From assembly GCA_002427425.1 (NCBI GenBank), contig DIRA01000037.1, positions 36,509 through 100,508 on the forward strand: a stretch of 64,000 nt of DNA, given 5' to 3'. Numbering within the stretch: position 1 is the stretch's first letter; each line of letters starts with the position of its first letter. The position numbers and the translations under genes are program-made. Below are positions 16,101 to 25,330 of this stretch, one piece after another. The notes under the pieces were generated by a model. That model was not told where the DNA came from. It made no database searches and saw only the letters and a program-made list of their open reading frames with translations. The stretch comes from Clostridiales bacterium UBA5448 (GTDB taxonomy: Bacteria; Bacillota; Clostridia; Oscillospirales; SIG627).

Positions 16101-18358
16101 GCCGACACCGGGAAAGCGCTGCTTTCCAGAAGCCAGACAGACCCCGACCATTTGCCCCGAAGGATATACAGCGTGTTTGCAGCGGGGGTCAGGGAAAACG
16201 AACCGATATTCCCCGACATCGTCAATGCGGTGGGAACGCTGCCCGAAGCAAAACAGACAAAGCAGGTCTGTCCCCGTGCGCCGGAGGCAGGAAGAGAAAA
16301 AGACAAAGAAGTCTTCTCTCCTACATAATATTCCGTTTGGGGTATAAGAATGCCATTTTCCGGCAAAATCGTTTCTGTTTTAGGCAAAACCGAGCGGACG
16401 GCATAGTCCAGAAGGGCCGGGGTAATCGGTCTGCAGTTGTTGGCGGTCACGCTGCCTGTTGGATCTTCCATAGCGGATCTGCTATCAATAATTGCATTGG
16501 TGGCAGGAAAAACGCGGGGATAGGTATTGCCGTAATAAGTACCTGAAGTGATACCACCCGTGGTTATGTTATAAAAACCGATCACCCCTGCACCTGTTCC
16601 GGCGGAAGTCAGAGAGTTTGCCTTGTCGGCATATTTGACCAGAGGAGTCCAGGTGCTTACCTCCCCGCCGGATGTACAAAGAAACAGTTTCCCCGTCATG
16701 CTATTGCGGTAAATACTCCCCGCCTGCCCAACAGCGGAGGGGGTGGGATCGGTAGGACCGGTTAGAAATTTAGGCTCGGCATATAAGAACAACGCGTCAG
16801 AAAACCTCAGATTGTACGTTACATCCAAACAGCCGCTTGCCGTTTCCGAAACAGACAAAACGGTTGTTGTTGGATATACAGATTGTAAACTGTTTATTTC
16901 AACCGTGTCGCCTTCGGTCAAACTGCCTGAGATAGCATATTTTTGACATCCTTGATATTGAATATCGTCTGTTTTTATGCTTCCAACTTCAAGCATCGGA
17001 ACAATCGTATCATTTAAAGTTGCGCCGGGGTGTCCTTGGATATAAATACGATGAATGTAAGCCGCTTCTGTCAGTGTAAACACACCGCTTTTGTTTCCTG
17101 CGTTGCTTGTTTGTATCACAACACTGATATTGCTGTCCCATCGGGTGCAGTAGGTTCCCGCCGGTATTTTAATGCGTTGTTTTTCCTGGATTGGTACGGA
17201 AAAGAATGCCGTATACGCTGGCACTTCGGGTGTCCCAACCAACGTATAAGAGCCATCTCCGTTGTTTGTGCACGTAATGCCATTTTGGGTTTCGGTCTGA
17301 ATAGCATATAAGCTATCATCCAATAAATTTTTTCCATATACGTGCACAATTGGATTCACTACGTATCCATCCACCCCTTCTTTTCCATGTAACACAACCC
17401 CTAATTTGTGACTGACGATGGAAACATTGTCTAATCGGCACGGATTAATCTGTAAATGTGTTTGTTTTACCGCCTCACCGTAAGCGCTCATGTTCGGCTT
17501 GTTTTTGATGTAATCCGTGGCATCGATATCAGTTTGGCTCCAATCGGATACCGCCCCCGATTCCAAACGGGACAGACGGGTATCAAAACAAAGTGCCTTT
17601 TCCCCGGCGGAAAGGATGGGGCTGTATGCCGTATTCAGGGCATTGAATTTCATGTCGGCATTTTCGTCATAGGCTTTCATGGACGTTGTATGGAGGAAAT
17701 TGTAGGCGGCGGTTTTTTCCGTTGCGTTTTGGTCAAAATTGGTTTTAGCAACAGAAGAAAGAGAAGAGATTTCTGACAGTGCCGTGTTTTTTTGATTGCA
17801 TATAGAAGTTTTTGCATGTTCGGCATCGGTGGCAAAGGTTGCATTCCAGTCTGCCACCTGTGCGGCAAAATCCTCCTGCACCCATACCGTGGTGATATAG
17901 GCCTCGCTGCTTGCGGCACTTTGAGCGGCATGTGCGGCGGCGACGGCAGCGGCAGCGGCAGAGGCGGCAGCGGTGAGGACTTCCTGCACATACTGGTTGA
18001 AAATGTCGGGCGTGGGCGTGGGCAATTCATTGTGTAAAAGCCCCGAATCGGTTACTTCCACTGTGATTACGTTGGTAGTGGCACGATACGTTTCCCCCTT
18101 GACCCCAAACAGACAGATGGTAAAGACGCCCCCCTCCACGAGGACTTCGTTGGGGACCGGATAGGATTTGTTTGGCCGGATGCCCCCCACATGGTAGGCG
18201 GTTTCATCCCCCAAGCGGTGAAATTGGGCAGAAACGGAATAACCTTCCCAGCTTTCGTCGCAGACGTAAGAAAAAGTAGAAAAACCATATCCCCCGGCAA
18301 CAATGGCATCTGAATCGGTTCTGCATAAAGACTGTCCCTGACAGCGTAAAACAATCAT
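16097..18358 (-). CDS. Phage tail-fibre-like / receptor-binding-like protein
   Basis: The ATG at 18358 (MIVLRC) has GGAGGTG 6 nt upstream. The 753-aa protein has an Ala-rich coiled segment (AAASAAAAAVAAAHAAQSAASS) and a beta-rich C-terminal part. It sits directly upstream of the lysis genes. The assignment rests on context and composition, not on a motif. Confidence 0.5.
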   Translation of the reverse strand: MIVLRCQGQSLCRTDSDAIVAGGYGFSTFSYVCDESWEGYSVSAQFHRLGDETAYHVGGIRPNKSYPVPNEVLVEGGVFTICLFGVKGETYRATTNVITVEVTDSGLLHNELPTPTPDIFNQYVQEVLTAAASAAAAAVAAAHAAQSAASSEAYITTVWVQEDFAAQVADWNATFATDAEHAKTSICNQKNTALSEISSLSSVAKTNFDQNATEKTAAYNFLHTTSMKAYDENADMKFNALNTAYSPILSAGEKALCFDTRLSRLESGAVSDWSQTDIDATDYIKNKPNMSAYGEAVKQTHLQINPCRLDNVSIVSHKLGVVLHGKEGVDGYVVNPIVHVYGKNLLDDSLYAIQTETQNGITCTNNGDGSYTLVGTPEVPAYTAFFSVPIQEKQRIKIPAGTYCTRWDSNISVVIQTSNAGNKSGVFTLTEAAYIHRIYIQGHPGATLNDTIVPMLEVGSIKTDDIQYQGCQKYAISGSLTEGDTVEINSLQSVYPTTTVLSVSETASGCLDVTYNLRFSDALFLYAEPKFLTGPTDPTPSAVGQAGSIYRNSMTGKLFLCTSGGEVSTWTPLVKYADKANSLTSAGTGAGVIGFYNITTGGITSGTYYGNTYPRVFPATNAIIDSRSAMEDPTGSVTANNCRPITPALLDYAVRSVLPKTETILPENGILIPQTEYYVGEKTSLSFSLPASGARGQTCFVCFASGSVPTALTMSGNIGSFSLTPAANTLYILRGKWSGSVWLLESSAFPVSA

Positions 18359-18485
18359 AAGATACACCTCCAAATTTGATGCCTCATTTTACCCTGTAAC
18401 CCGACTGACAAATCGTGACAAAGATAAATTGTTTTATAGTATTTTAAGTAGATAATAAAAAATATTATCCTTCAAAACTCTTTAC

Positions 18486-18514
18486 TTTACGACAGGAGTA
18501 TGGTATGCTATAAA
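18486..18514 (+). promoter_or_regulatory. Candidate promoter for nifJ
   Basis: TTTACG-17 nt-TATAAA with a TGc extended -10. It lies about 55 nt upstream of the AAGGAGG RBS. Confidence 0.45.
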
Positions 18515-18571
18515 TTGCGTTCAGTATGAGCGCCTGAAATGTGTTAACAAAATCAAGGAGGATAAACTCAC

Positions 18572-21500
18572 ATGGCAAGAAAGAAACTCACCATGGACGG
18601 CAACAACGCGGCGGCGCATGTATCCTATGCGTTTACCGAAGTTGCCGGCATCTACCCCATTACCCCTTCCAGCCCCATGGCAGACTACGTGGATCAGTGG
18701 TCGGCACAGGGTTTAAAAAACATTTTCGGTACCACGGTGAATGTGGTGGAAATGCAGTCTGAAGCAGGGGCAGCAGGTACGGTTCACGGTTCGTTGGCAG
18801 CCGGTGCGCTGACCACCACCTATACCGCATCCCAGGGCCTGCTTTTGATGATCCCCAATATGTATAAAATTGCCGGGGAACTTCTTCCCTGCGTTTTCCA
18901 TGTAACCGCCCGTACCCTCGCTTCTCACGCGCTGAACATTTTCGGCGACCACTCCGACGTGTATGCCTGCCGTCAGACCGGTTTTGCCATGTTGGCGGAA
19001 ACCAACCCCCAGGAAGTCATGGATTTGTCTGCCGTTGCCCACTTGGCTACCATCAAGAGCAGAGTACCGTTTATCAACTTCTTTGACGGGTTCAGAACCT
19101 CCCACGAGATCCAGAAGATCGATGTATGGGATTATGAAGATTTGGCTTCCCTGTGCGACATGGAAGCTGTAGACGCTTTCCGCAAGCGCGCCCTCAACCC
19201 CGAAAGACCCGCGATGCGCGGTTCTCATGAAAACGGCGATATTTTCTTCCAGCACAGAGAAGCTTGCAACCGATACTATGAAGCGGTTCCCGGCATCGTG
19301 GAAGATTACATGAACAAAGTCAACAAAAAGTTGGGTACCCATTATAAACCCTTCAATTACTACGGTGCTCCCGATGCCGAACGCGTCATCGTCGCCATGG
19401 GTTCGATCTGCGATGTAGCGGAAGAAGTCATCGATTATTTGATGGCCAGAGGCGAAAAAGTGGGCTTGGTAAAAGTCCGTTTGTACCGTCCTTTTTCGGC
19501 GGAAAGATTGCTGGAAGCCATTCCCGCCTCCTGTAAGAAGCTGGCTGTTTTGGATCGTACCAAAGAACCCGGTGCCCTGGGCGAACCTTTGTATCTGGAC
19601 GTGGTGACCTCTTTGGCAGAAGCCGGCAGAACCATGACCGTCATCGGCGGCCGTTACGGCTTGGGCTCCAAAGACACGCCTCCCTCCTCCGTCTTCGCCG
19701 TATACGAGGAATTGAATCAGGACAAACCGAAAAGACAGTTCACCCTGGGTATCCACGACGATGTAACCAACCTATCTTTGGAAGAAAAGATTTCCCCCAA
19801 TACTGCGGCACCCGGCACCATCGAATGCAAATTCTGGGGTCTGGGCGGCGACGGTACCGTGGGCGCGAACAAAAACTCCATCAAGATCATCGGTGACCAT
19901 ACCGACAAATACGTACAGGCTTATTTCCAGTACGATTCCAAAAAAACCGGTGGTATCACTATTTCCCACCTGCGTTTCGGCGACAACCTCATCAAATCTC
20001 CTTATTACATCAATAAGGCTGACTTTGTTGCCTGCCACAACCCCTCCTATGTGACCAAGGGATACAAAATGGTCAACGATGTCAAGCCCGGCGGTGCGTT
20101 TTTGATCAACTGCCAATGGACACCCGAAGAATTGGCTGAACAGCTTAATGCCCAAGCAAAGCGCTATATCGCCAAAAACGACATCCGGCTTTATACCGTC
20201 AACGCCATTGACATTGCCGACAAAATCGGCATGGGAAAGCGTACCAATACCATTCTGCAGGCTTCTTTCTTTGCGCTGTCAAAAGTCATGCCCATCGAAG
20301 AAGCGATTGAATACATGAAGAAAGCCGCCACCAAGTCCTATGCTCGAAAGGGGCAGGACATTGTAGACATGAACCACAAGGCCATTGAAGCCGGCGTGAG
20401 TGCCTTTGTAAAGATCGACGTTCCCGCCGATTGGGCAAACGCCGTGGACGAAGTCATTGCCGACGAAGAAAAAGGCGCCTCCAAACTGGTGAAGATGATC
20501 AACAACCTCATGAAGCCCGTGGCTTTGATGAACGGCGACTCTCTCCCCGTTTCCGCCTTCATCGATCATGCGGACGGTACCTTTGAACTGGGTGCTGCCG
20601 CCTATGAAAAACGCGGCGTTGCCGTCACCGTGCCCGAATGGGACCCCGAGTCCTGCGCCAAGTGCAACCGCTGTTCTTACGTATGTCCTCACGCCACCAT
20701 TCGTCCTTATGCACTGAACGAAGAAGAATTGGCAGCTGCTCCCGCCCAGCTGAAAAAGGCTCCCAAACCCGTTGTGAAAACCAACTATACCTACAGCCTG
20801 GCGATTTCTCCTGCCGACTGTATGGGATGTACCGTTTGTGTGGGTGTTTGCCCCACCGATTCATTGAAGATGGTTCCGAGGGAATCTCAGTTGGATCAGC
20901 AGGAAGTCTTTGACTACTGCGTAGAAAACGTCAGCGAAAAACCCGAAATCACTGAAAAGCTCACTCTTTTGACCAGCCAGTTCAAGAAACCGTTGCTAGA
21001 ATTCTCCGGCTCCTGTGCAGGTTGTGCCGAAACCTCCTACGCCAGACTGGTCACCCAGTTGTTCGGTGACAGAATGTATATCTCCAATGCCACCGGCTGT
21101 TCCTCCATCTGGGGCGGCCCTGCGGCCACTTCTCCGTATACCGTCAACAAAGACGGCCGTGGTCCTGCCTGGGCAAACTCCCTATTTGAAGACAACGCCG
21201 AACACGGTATGGGTATGTTCTTAGGTCAGAAAGCCCTCCGGGACAGACAGATCGAGAAAGTGAAGAAGATCGTGGCTTCCGACGCGGCCAACGCCGATTT
21301 GAAAGCCGCTGCCGAAGGCTATCTCGCCACTGTGGACAACGGCGATACCAACGTGAAAGCCACCGATAAACTGGTTGCCGAACTGGTAAAGGTTGCCGAC
21401 AAGTGCGACAACTGCCATAGCATTTTGGAGAACAAAGAATTCCTGTCCAAGAAGTCCGTCTGGATCTTTGGCGGCGACGGCTGGGCATATGACATCGGCT

Positions 21501-22120
21501 TCGGCGGATTGGATCACGTTTTAGCATCCGGCGCAGACGTCAACGTCTTCGTGTTCGATACCGAAGTATACTCCAACACCGGCGGACAAGCCTCCAAGGC
21601 ATCCCAGATAGGTCAGGTTGCCCAGTTTGCAGCGGCGGGTAAATCCATCGCCAAGAAATCATTGGCGGAAATCGCCATGTCTTACGGGTATGTGTACGTG
21701 GCACAAGTTGCCATGGGTGCCGACCTGAACCAGACATTGAAGGCAATCCAGGAAGCGGAAGCCTATCACGGACCATCTCTCATCATCGGTTACGCTCCTT
21801 GCGAAATGCACTCCATCAAGGGTGGCATGGCAAACTGCCAGAGCGAAATGAAGAAGGCTGTGGAAAGCGGCTATTGGAACATGTTCCGCTTTAATCCCGT
21901 TTTGAAGTCTGCAGGAAAGAATCCCTTGACCTTGGACAGCAAGCCCGCGACCGGCGACTACAAAGAGTTCATTTTGAACGAAGCCCGATACTCATCTTTG
22001 ACCAGATCCTTCCCCGAAAGAGCGGAAGAACTGTTCAACAAAGCGTCCGAAAACGCCAAAGCGCAGAGAGAACATCTGGAAAGACTGGTCAAACTCTACG
22101 CCCCCTCCGACGCCGAATAA
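18572..22120 (+). CDS. nifJ: Pyruvate:ferredoxin (flavodoxin) oxidoreductase
   Basis: The 1182-aa single-chain PFOR has a characteristic N-terminus (MDGNNAAAHVSYAFTEVAGIYPITPSS), two 4Fe-4S ferredoxin motifs (CAKCNRCSYVCPH, CMGCTVCVGVCP) and a TPP-binging C-terminal domain (GGDGWAYDIGFGGLDH). Confidence 0.95.
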   Translation: MARKKLTMDGNNAAAHVSYAFTEVAGIYPITPSSPMADYVDQWSAQGLKNIFGTTVNVVEMQSEAGAAGTVHGSLAAGALTTTYTASQGLLLMIPNMYKIAGELLPCVFHVTARTLASHALNIFGDHSDVYACRQTGFAMLAETNPQEVMDLSAVAHLATIKSRVPFINFFDGFRTSHEIQKIDVWDYEDLASLCDMEAVDAFRKRALNPERPAMRGSHENGDIFFQHREACNRYYEAVPGIVEDYMNKVNKKLGTHYKPFNYYGAPDAERVIVAMGSICDVAEEVIDYLMARGEKVGLVKVRLYRPFSAERLLEAIPASCKKLAVLDRTKEPGALGEPLYLDVVTSLAEAGRTMTVIGGRYGLGSKDTPPSSVFAVYEELNQDKPKRQFTLGIHDDVTNLSLEEKISPNTAAPGTIECKFWGLGGDGTVGANKNSIKIIGDHTDKYVQAYFQYDSKKTGGITISHLRFGDNLIKSPYYINKADFVACHNPSYVTKGYKMVNDVKPGGAFLINCQWTPEELAEQLNAQAKRYIAKNDIRLYTVNAIDIADKIGMGKRTNTILQASFFALSKVMPIEEAIEYMKKAATKSYARKGQDIVDMNHKAIEAGVSAFVKIDVPADWANAVDEVIADEEKGASKLVKMINNLMKPVALMNGDSLPVSAFIDHADGTFELGAAAYEKRGVAVTVPEWDPESCAKCNRCSYVCPHATIRPYALNEEELAAAPAQLKKAPKPVVKTNYTYSLAISPADCMGCTVCVGVCPTDSLKMVPRESQLDQQEVFDYCVENVSEKPEITEKLTLLTSQFKKPLLEFSGSCAGCAETSYARLVTQLFGDRMYISNATGCSSIWGGPAATSPYTVNKDGRGPAWANSLFEDNAEHGMGMFLGQKALRDRQIEKVKKIVASDAANADLKAAAEGYLATVDNGDTNVKATDKLVAELVKVADKCDNCHSILENKEFLSKKSVWIFGGDGWAYDIGFGGLDHVLASGADVNVFVFDTEVYSNTGGQASKASQIGQVAQFAAAGKSIAKKSLAEIAMSYGYVYVAQVAMGADLNQTLKAIQEAEAYHGPSLIIGYAPCEMHSIKGGMANCQSEMKKAVESGYWNMFRFNPVLKSAGKNPLTLDSKPATGDYKEFILNEARYSSLTRSFPERAEELFNKASENAKAQREHLERLVKLYAPSDAE

Positions 22121-22133
22121 ACCATATCTTCAT

Positions 22134-22165
22134 GAGCCTTCCCCCCAGGGAAGGCTCCGTTTTCT
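22134..22165 (+). terminator. Intrinsic terminator after nifJ
   Basis: Hairpin gagccttcc-ccccag-ggaaggctc followed by cgttttcttcc. Confidence 0.6.
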
Positions 22166-22448
22166 TCCCCATCGCTCCCGCTTCTAGAAAAAAACTGCAA
22201 ACTTTGGCACATTGCACAGAATAAACAGGATATAACGGTTGCATTGTTGCTGATTTTACGATTTTTGGTCCATTTCAAGTTTATTCGTCACGAAATTGAT
22301 TTTTCCCATGGGAAATAGTATCTTGTACAAAAATTTTTTGACGAATAATAAAAAAATATTTTATTCCTTCGCCTCTCTTCGACATAATATTTCATCTCCC
22401 TGTGCTTAAATAGGTGTACACAAGTTCAAAGAAAAGGAGATGATAGAA

Positions 22449-22640
22449 ATGAACGAACTGTTTGAAGCCATAGCAATACAGGAAGGCGTATCGGAAGAAG
22501 AAGTCCGAAATGAAATCATCTTTGCCATTCAGCTGGCTATGACCGACCCCGAACTCACAGAAATATGGGATGCGATCGGAGAAGGGCAAATCCCCACACC
22601 CGAACAACTGGTGGAATATTTAAGTTGTCAAATTCACTGA
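22449..22640 (+). CDS. Small Spo0A C-terminal-domain-like protein (63 aa)
   Basis: The ATG at 22449 is 9 nt after AAGGAG. The pattern IAIQEGVSEEEVRNEIIFAIQLAM....IWDAIG....PTPEQLVEYLSCQI parallels the Spo0A_C segment [24 protein letters not shown]...LFG...PTNSEFIAMVADKL. Confidence 0.45.
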   Translation: MNELFEAIAIQEGVSEEEVRNEIIFAIQLAMTDPELTEIWDAIGEGQIPTPEQLVEYLSCQIH

Positions 22641-22653
22641 CCAACGGATATCT

Positions 22654-22688
22654 CCCCTGCAACCATGTTAGGTGCAGGGGTTTATTTT
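22654..22688 (+). terminator. Intrinsic terminator
   Basis: An 8-bp stem cccctgca/tgcagggg followed by tttatttt. Confidence 0.7.
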
Positions 22689-22760
22689 CCCCCATCTCAT
22701 ATTTCGCTGCGCTTCACCAATGCCCCCCAAGACACACTGCTTACTCTCTTTTTTCACCCC

Positions 22761-22815
22761 GACAGAATGTCCCCGCATTGTCTGTCAAAAACAAAGAATG
22801 TCCCCGCATTCTTTG
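22761..22815. repeat. Two tandem hairpins sharing the core GAATGTCCCCGCATT
   Basis: The hairpins are gacagaatg-tcccc-gcattgtctgtc (22761-22786) and caaagaatg-tccccg-cattctttg (22792-22815). They lie between two convergent terminators. Confidence 0.5.
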
Positions 22816-22825
22816 CGCAAATCCC

Positions 22826-22861
22826 CAAAAAACAGGAGGGAATTTTTTTCCCTCCTTTTTT
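22826..22861. terminator. Bidirectional terminator after the ABC-2 permease gene
   Basis: Hairpin ggaggga-attttttt-tccctcc flanked by an A6 run and a T6 run. Confidence 0.7.
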
Positions 22862-22865
22862 CATG

Positions 22866-24101
22866 CTATTGTTTTGATTCCTTCAGCATCTTCACCATTT
22901 CCTTGATTTTAGGCGGCTGCCCGTACATGAGTACCCCCATCCGATAGATCCCCGCCGCCAAATAACCCACCAACAGGGCGGTCGCCATTAAAAAGACAAC
23001 AGAAAAAACAATGCCCAAAGCAGTCACATTTCCCATGGCAATACGGACAAACATGGCCATGGGCGAGGTAAAGGGAATATAGGAAAGGACTTTCATGAAA
23101 GTGCTATCCACCGCTCCTCCCGACATGGAAAACACCACCGCCATAAAGGCAAAAACGAACAAAAAGGTCACGGGCATCACCGCCGTATTCATTTGTTCGA
23201 TGCGACTGACCATCGAACCCAGTGCCCCGTATAAAAAGGCGTACAGGAAAAATCCCAGCACCAAAAACATAAGCGCATACAACAAAATGGATAAAGGCAT
23301 ATTGAAAATAGATTGGATCATAGGTTGATCCGCATAATAGCCGGCATTGAGTTGATAAAACCCATAGGCGCTGCCGAAAATCAGGATAAATTGCATAAGA
23401 CCCGCACAGCCGGCACCCAGGATTTTGCCGAACATGAAATGCTTGGGATTGGCGGAAGTGATCAACAATTCCATGGCACGGCTACTTTTTTCTGTGGCAA
23501 CGCTCATGGCAACAAACTGCCCGTACAGAAGAATCAGCATATACAACGCGATCATCAGAATGTAGGTATAAAAAAAGGTGTTCAGCTGATCTTTACCACC
23601 ATGGGTCTGGACCACCTCGCCGGATACGGCGGCAGACAAAAAGGCGGCAATTTCTTCTTCGTTTGCCCCCAACTGTGAAAGAGCCAATGCCTGGTATCGG
23701 GTTTTCATGACCTCATTCACCACAGTCTGGGTGGTATCATACATCCCGATGTTTTTCACAATATATTGATAGGAATGATCCTCCAGAATAAAAACGGCGG
23801 ATTCGTATACGCCCTTGTCCACATCTTGTTTCAACTCGTCCGCGGATTTTTCCACCATTTCAACGGTCTTATCCGGCATGGCGTGTTGAAAATAGGCCAA
23901 GTCCCCCGCGTCGGTCACCCCCCCTAAGGCAATCACGGCTTTTTCCTCGGTGGTTGTATCGGAGGCGAAAAATTCGGAAATCCGCGGAAAAGACAGCACA
24001 ATGCCGATCACCACAATCAAAAACAGGGTGATTCCCAAAAAAACTTTATTTTTGATGTAATTCATACTTTCAAATTGAAAGATACTCCAAAATCGCTTCA
24101 T
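22866..24101 (-). CDS. ABC-2 type transporter permease (NatB-like)
   Basis: 411 aa with one N-terminal TM, a large extracytoplasmic loop and five C-terminal TMs. It sits directly downstream of the ATPase gene with a 2-nt gap. Confidence 0.7.
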   Translation of the reverse strand: MKRFWSIFQFESMNYIKNKVFLGITLFLIVVIGIVLSFPRISEFFASDTTTEEKAVIALGGVTDAGDLAYFQHAMPDKTVEMVEKSADELKQDVDKGVYESAVFILEDHSYQYIVKNIGMYDTTQTVVNEVMKTRYQALALSQLGANEEEIAAFLSAAVSGEVVQTHGGKDQLNTFFYTYILMIALYMLILLYGQFVAMSVATEKSSRAMELLITSANPKHFMFGKILGAGCAGLMQFILIFGSAYGFYQLNAGYYADQPMIQSIFNMPLSILLYALMFLVLGFFLYAFLYGALGSMVSRIEQMNTAVMPVTFLFVFAFMAVVFSMSGGAVDSTFMKVLSYIPFTSPMAMFVRIAMGNVTALGIVFSVVFLMATALLVGYLAAGIYRMGVLMYGQPPKIKEMVKMLKESKQ

Positions 24102-24103
24102 GT

Positions 24104-25006
24104 CTACACCTCCGTATATTTGACAAAAATATCTTGCAGGGTGGGTTCAAACACCTGCACCCCGTCAAAATCAATACCAAGAGCGGCCATGGCAGAAATA
24201 AACTTTACCTTGTGCCCTTCGGCACGCAGACACACCGCCACATGATCCCCCTGCACCTCTTTGCAGGCGATATAGTCCGCCAACCGTTCTCCGATGGCGC
24301 TTGCCAGTTTAGGCGCTTCAGGGGAGGCAATCACCAACTTTTTCCGATCAGTGCTCCGCTTGATGTCCTTGATTTTCCCTTCCAGCACAACTTTTCCATC
24401 CCGCATGATGGCAATTTTTTCACAAAACTCTTCGACATAGTTCATCATGTGGCTGGAAAAAAGCAAAATCCTGCCTTTTTTTATCACTTCCGCCACCACG
24501 CCTTTTAAGAGCATGGCATTCACGGGATCCAGTCCCGAAAAAGGCTCGTCCAAAATGATGATGTCGGGATCCGTCACCAAGGCGCAAGCAAGCTGGATCT
24601 TCTGCTGATTTCCTTTGGAAAGGGTATCCAGACGCGCATCGGCATACTGGGTCATTTCCAGACGGTCAAGCCAGGATAGGACGGATTCTTTGGCGTTCTT
24701 TTTTGACATGCCCCGCAACATACCAAAGTATGTCAATTGTTCTGAAATTTTCTTTTTGGGATACAACCCCCGCTCTTCGGGGAGATAACCGAAATTGATT
24801 TCACGTCGGTTGATAGATTTTCCGTCTAAAAGAACTTCCCCCTCGCCGCCAAAGACACCCATGATGATACGGATGGCGGTGGTTTTTCCTGCGCCGTTTC
24901 TGCCCAAAAGCCCCAGCGCCGTCCCACTTTCCACCGAAAAGTCGACCCCTTGGAGAACCTGCTTGTCCCCAAAGTTTTTGTATAGGTCTTTCACTTCCAA
25001 TTTCAT
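24104..25006 (-). CDS. ABC transporter ATP-binding protein (NatA-like)
   Basis: The ATG at 25006 (MKLEVKDLYKNFG) has AGGAG upstream. Walker A is GRNGAGKTT, the signature is LSKGNQQK and Walker B is IIILDEPFSGLD. I reject the longer track ORF to 25222. Confidence 0.85.
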   Translation of the reverse strand: MKLEVKDLYKNFGDKQVLQGVDFSVESGTALGLLGRNGAGKTTAIRIIMGVFGGEGEVLLDGKSINRREINFGYLPEERGLYPKKKISEQLTYFGMLRGMSKKNAKESVLSWLDRLEMTQYADARLDTLSKGNQQKIQLACALVTDPDIIILDEPFSGLDPVNAMLLKGVVAEVIKKGRILLFSSHMMNYVEEFCEKIAIMRDGKVVLEGKIKDIKRSTDRKKLVIASPEAPKLASAIGERLADYIACKEVQGDHVAVCLRAEGHKVKFISAMAALGIDFDGVQVFEPTLQDIFVKYTEV

Positions 25007-25330
25007 ATCGGCAAACACTCCTAACACATAATAAAATGAGTATATCATACTTAAGATCAGAGGAAAAGGTTTTTGAATAACTTGACCAAAAAAAGGAAAT
25101 TCTATACCCAATGACGTTCTTTCACATACCATTCGCTGCGTTATCATACCATAGTATTCCTCCGACAGAAGGTTCGAAATGGTTTTTTTCACTTTATTTC
25201 CGTGAGAAGTGTGAAAAAACAATTATAAATACCGATCTTCACACATCCAGGCTCAAACATTCCCCCCTTTTGCATTTTTTAGCATATAAAAAAACAAAGA
25301 AAAAAAGATCCTACCCTGGAGAGAAATACC

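Larger units (their letters stand above)
14761..18358 (-). mobile_element. Prophage remnant: late-module end only (tail-fibre-like, membrane coiled-coil protein, holin, endolysin)
   Basis: There are four co-oriented, translationally coupled genes typical of the distal end of a tailed-phage late operon. The window contains no capsid, terminase, tail tube, integrase or repressor genes. The upstream neighbour is the core gene nifJ. Confidence 0.5.

Noticed and set aside
18713-19756. A 347-aa ORF antisense to nifJ, and other long antisense or shadow ORFs inside nifJ (19772..20155, 20279..20692, 21144..21527).
   Set aside because: They lie entirely inside, on the opposite strand of, a gene with an unmistakable PFOR sequence. 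Their translations are low-complexity and Gly/Arg/His-rich with no motifs or RBS. These are typical shadow ORFs of a moderately GC-rich coding region.
5136-22120. A functional link between the T-box-controlled acyl-CoA synthetase and nifJ (PFOR) as the reductive carboxylase.
   Set aside because: The genes are 11 kb apart, on opposite strands and separated by unrelated genes. PFOR is a housekeeping enzyme. Proximity here carries no evidential weight.
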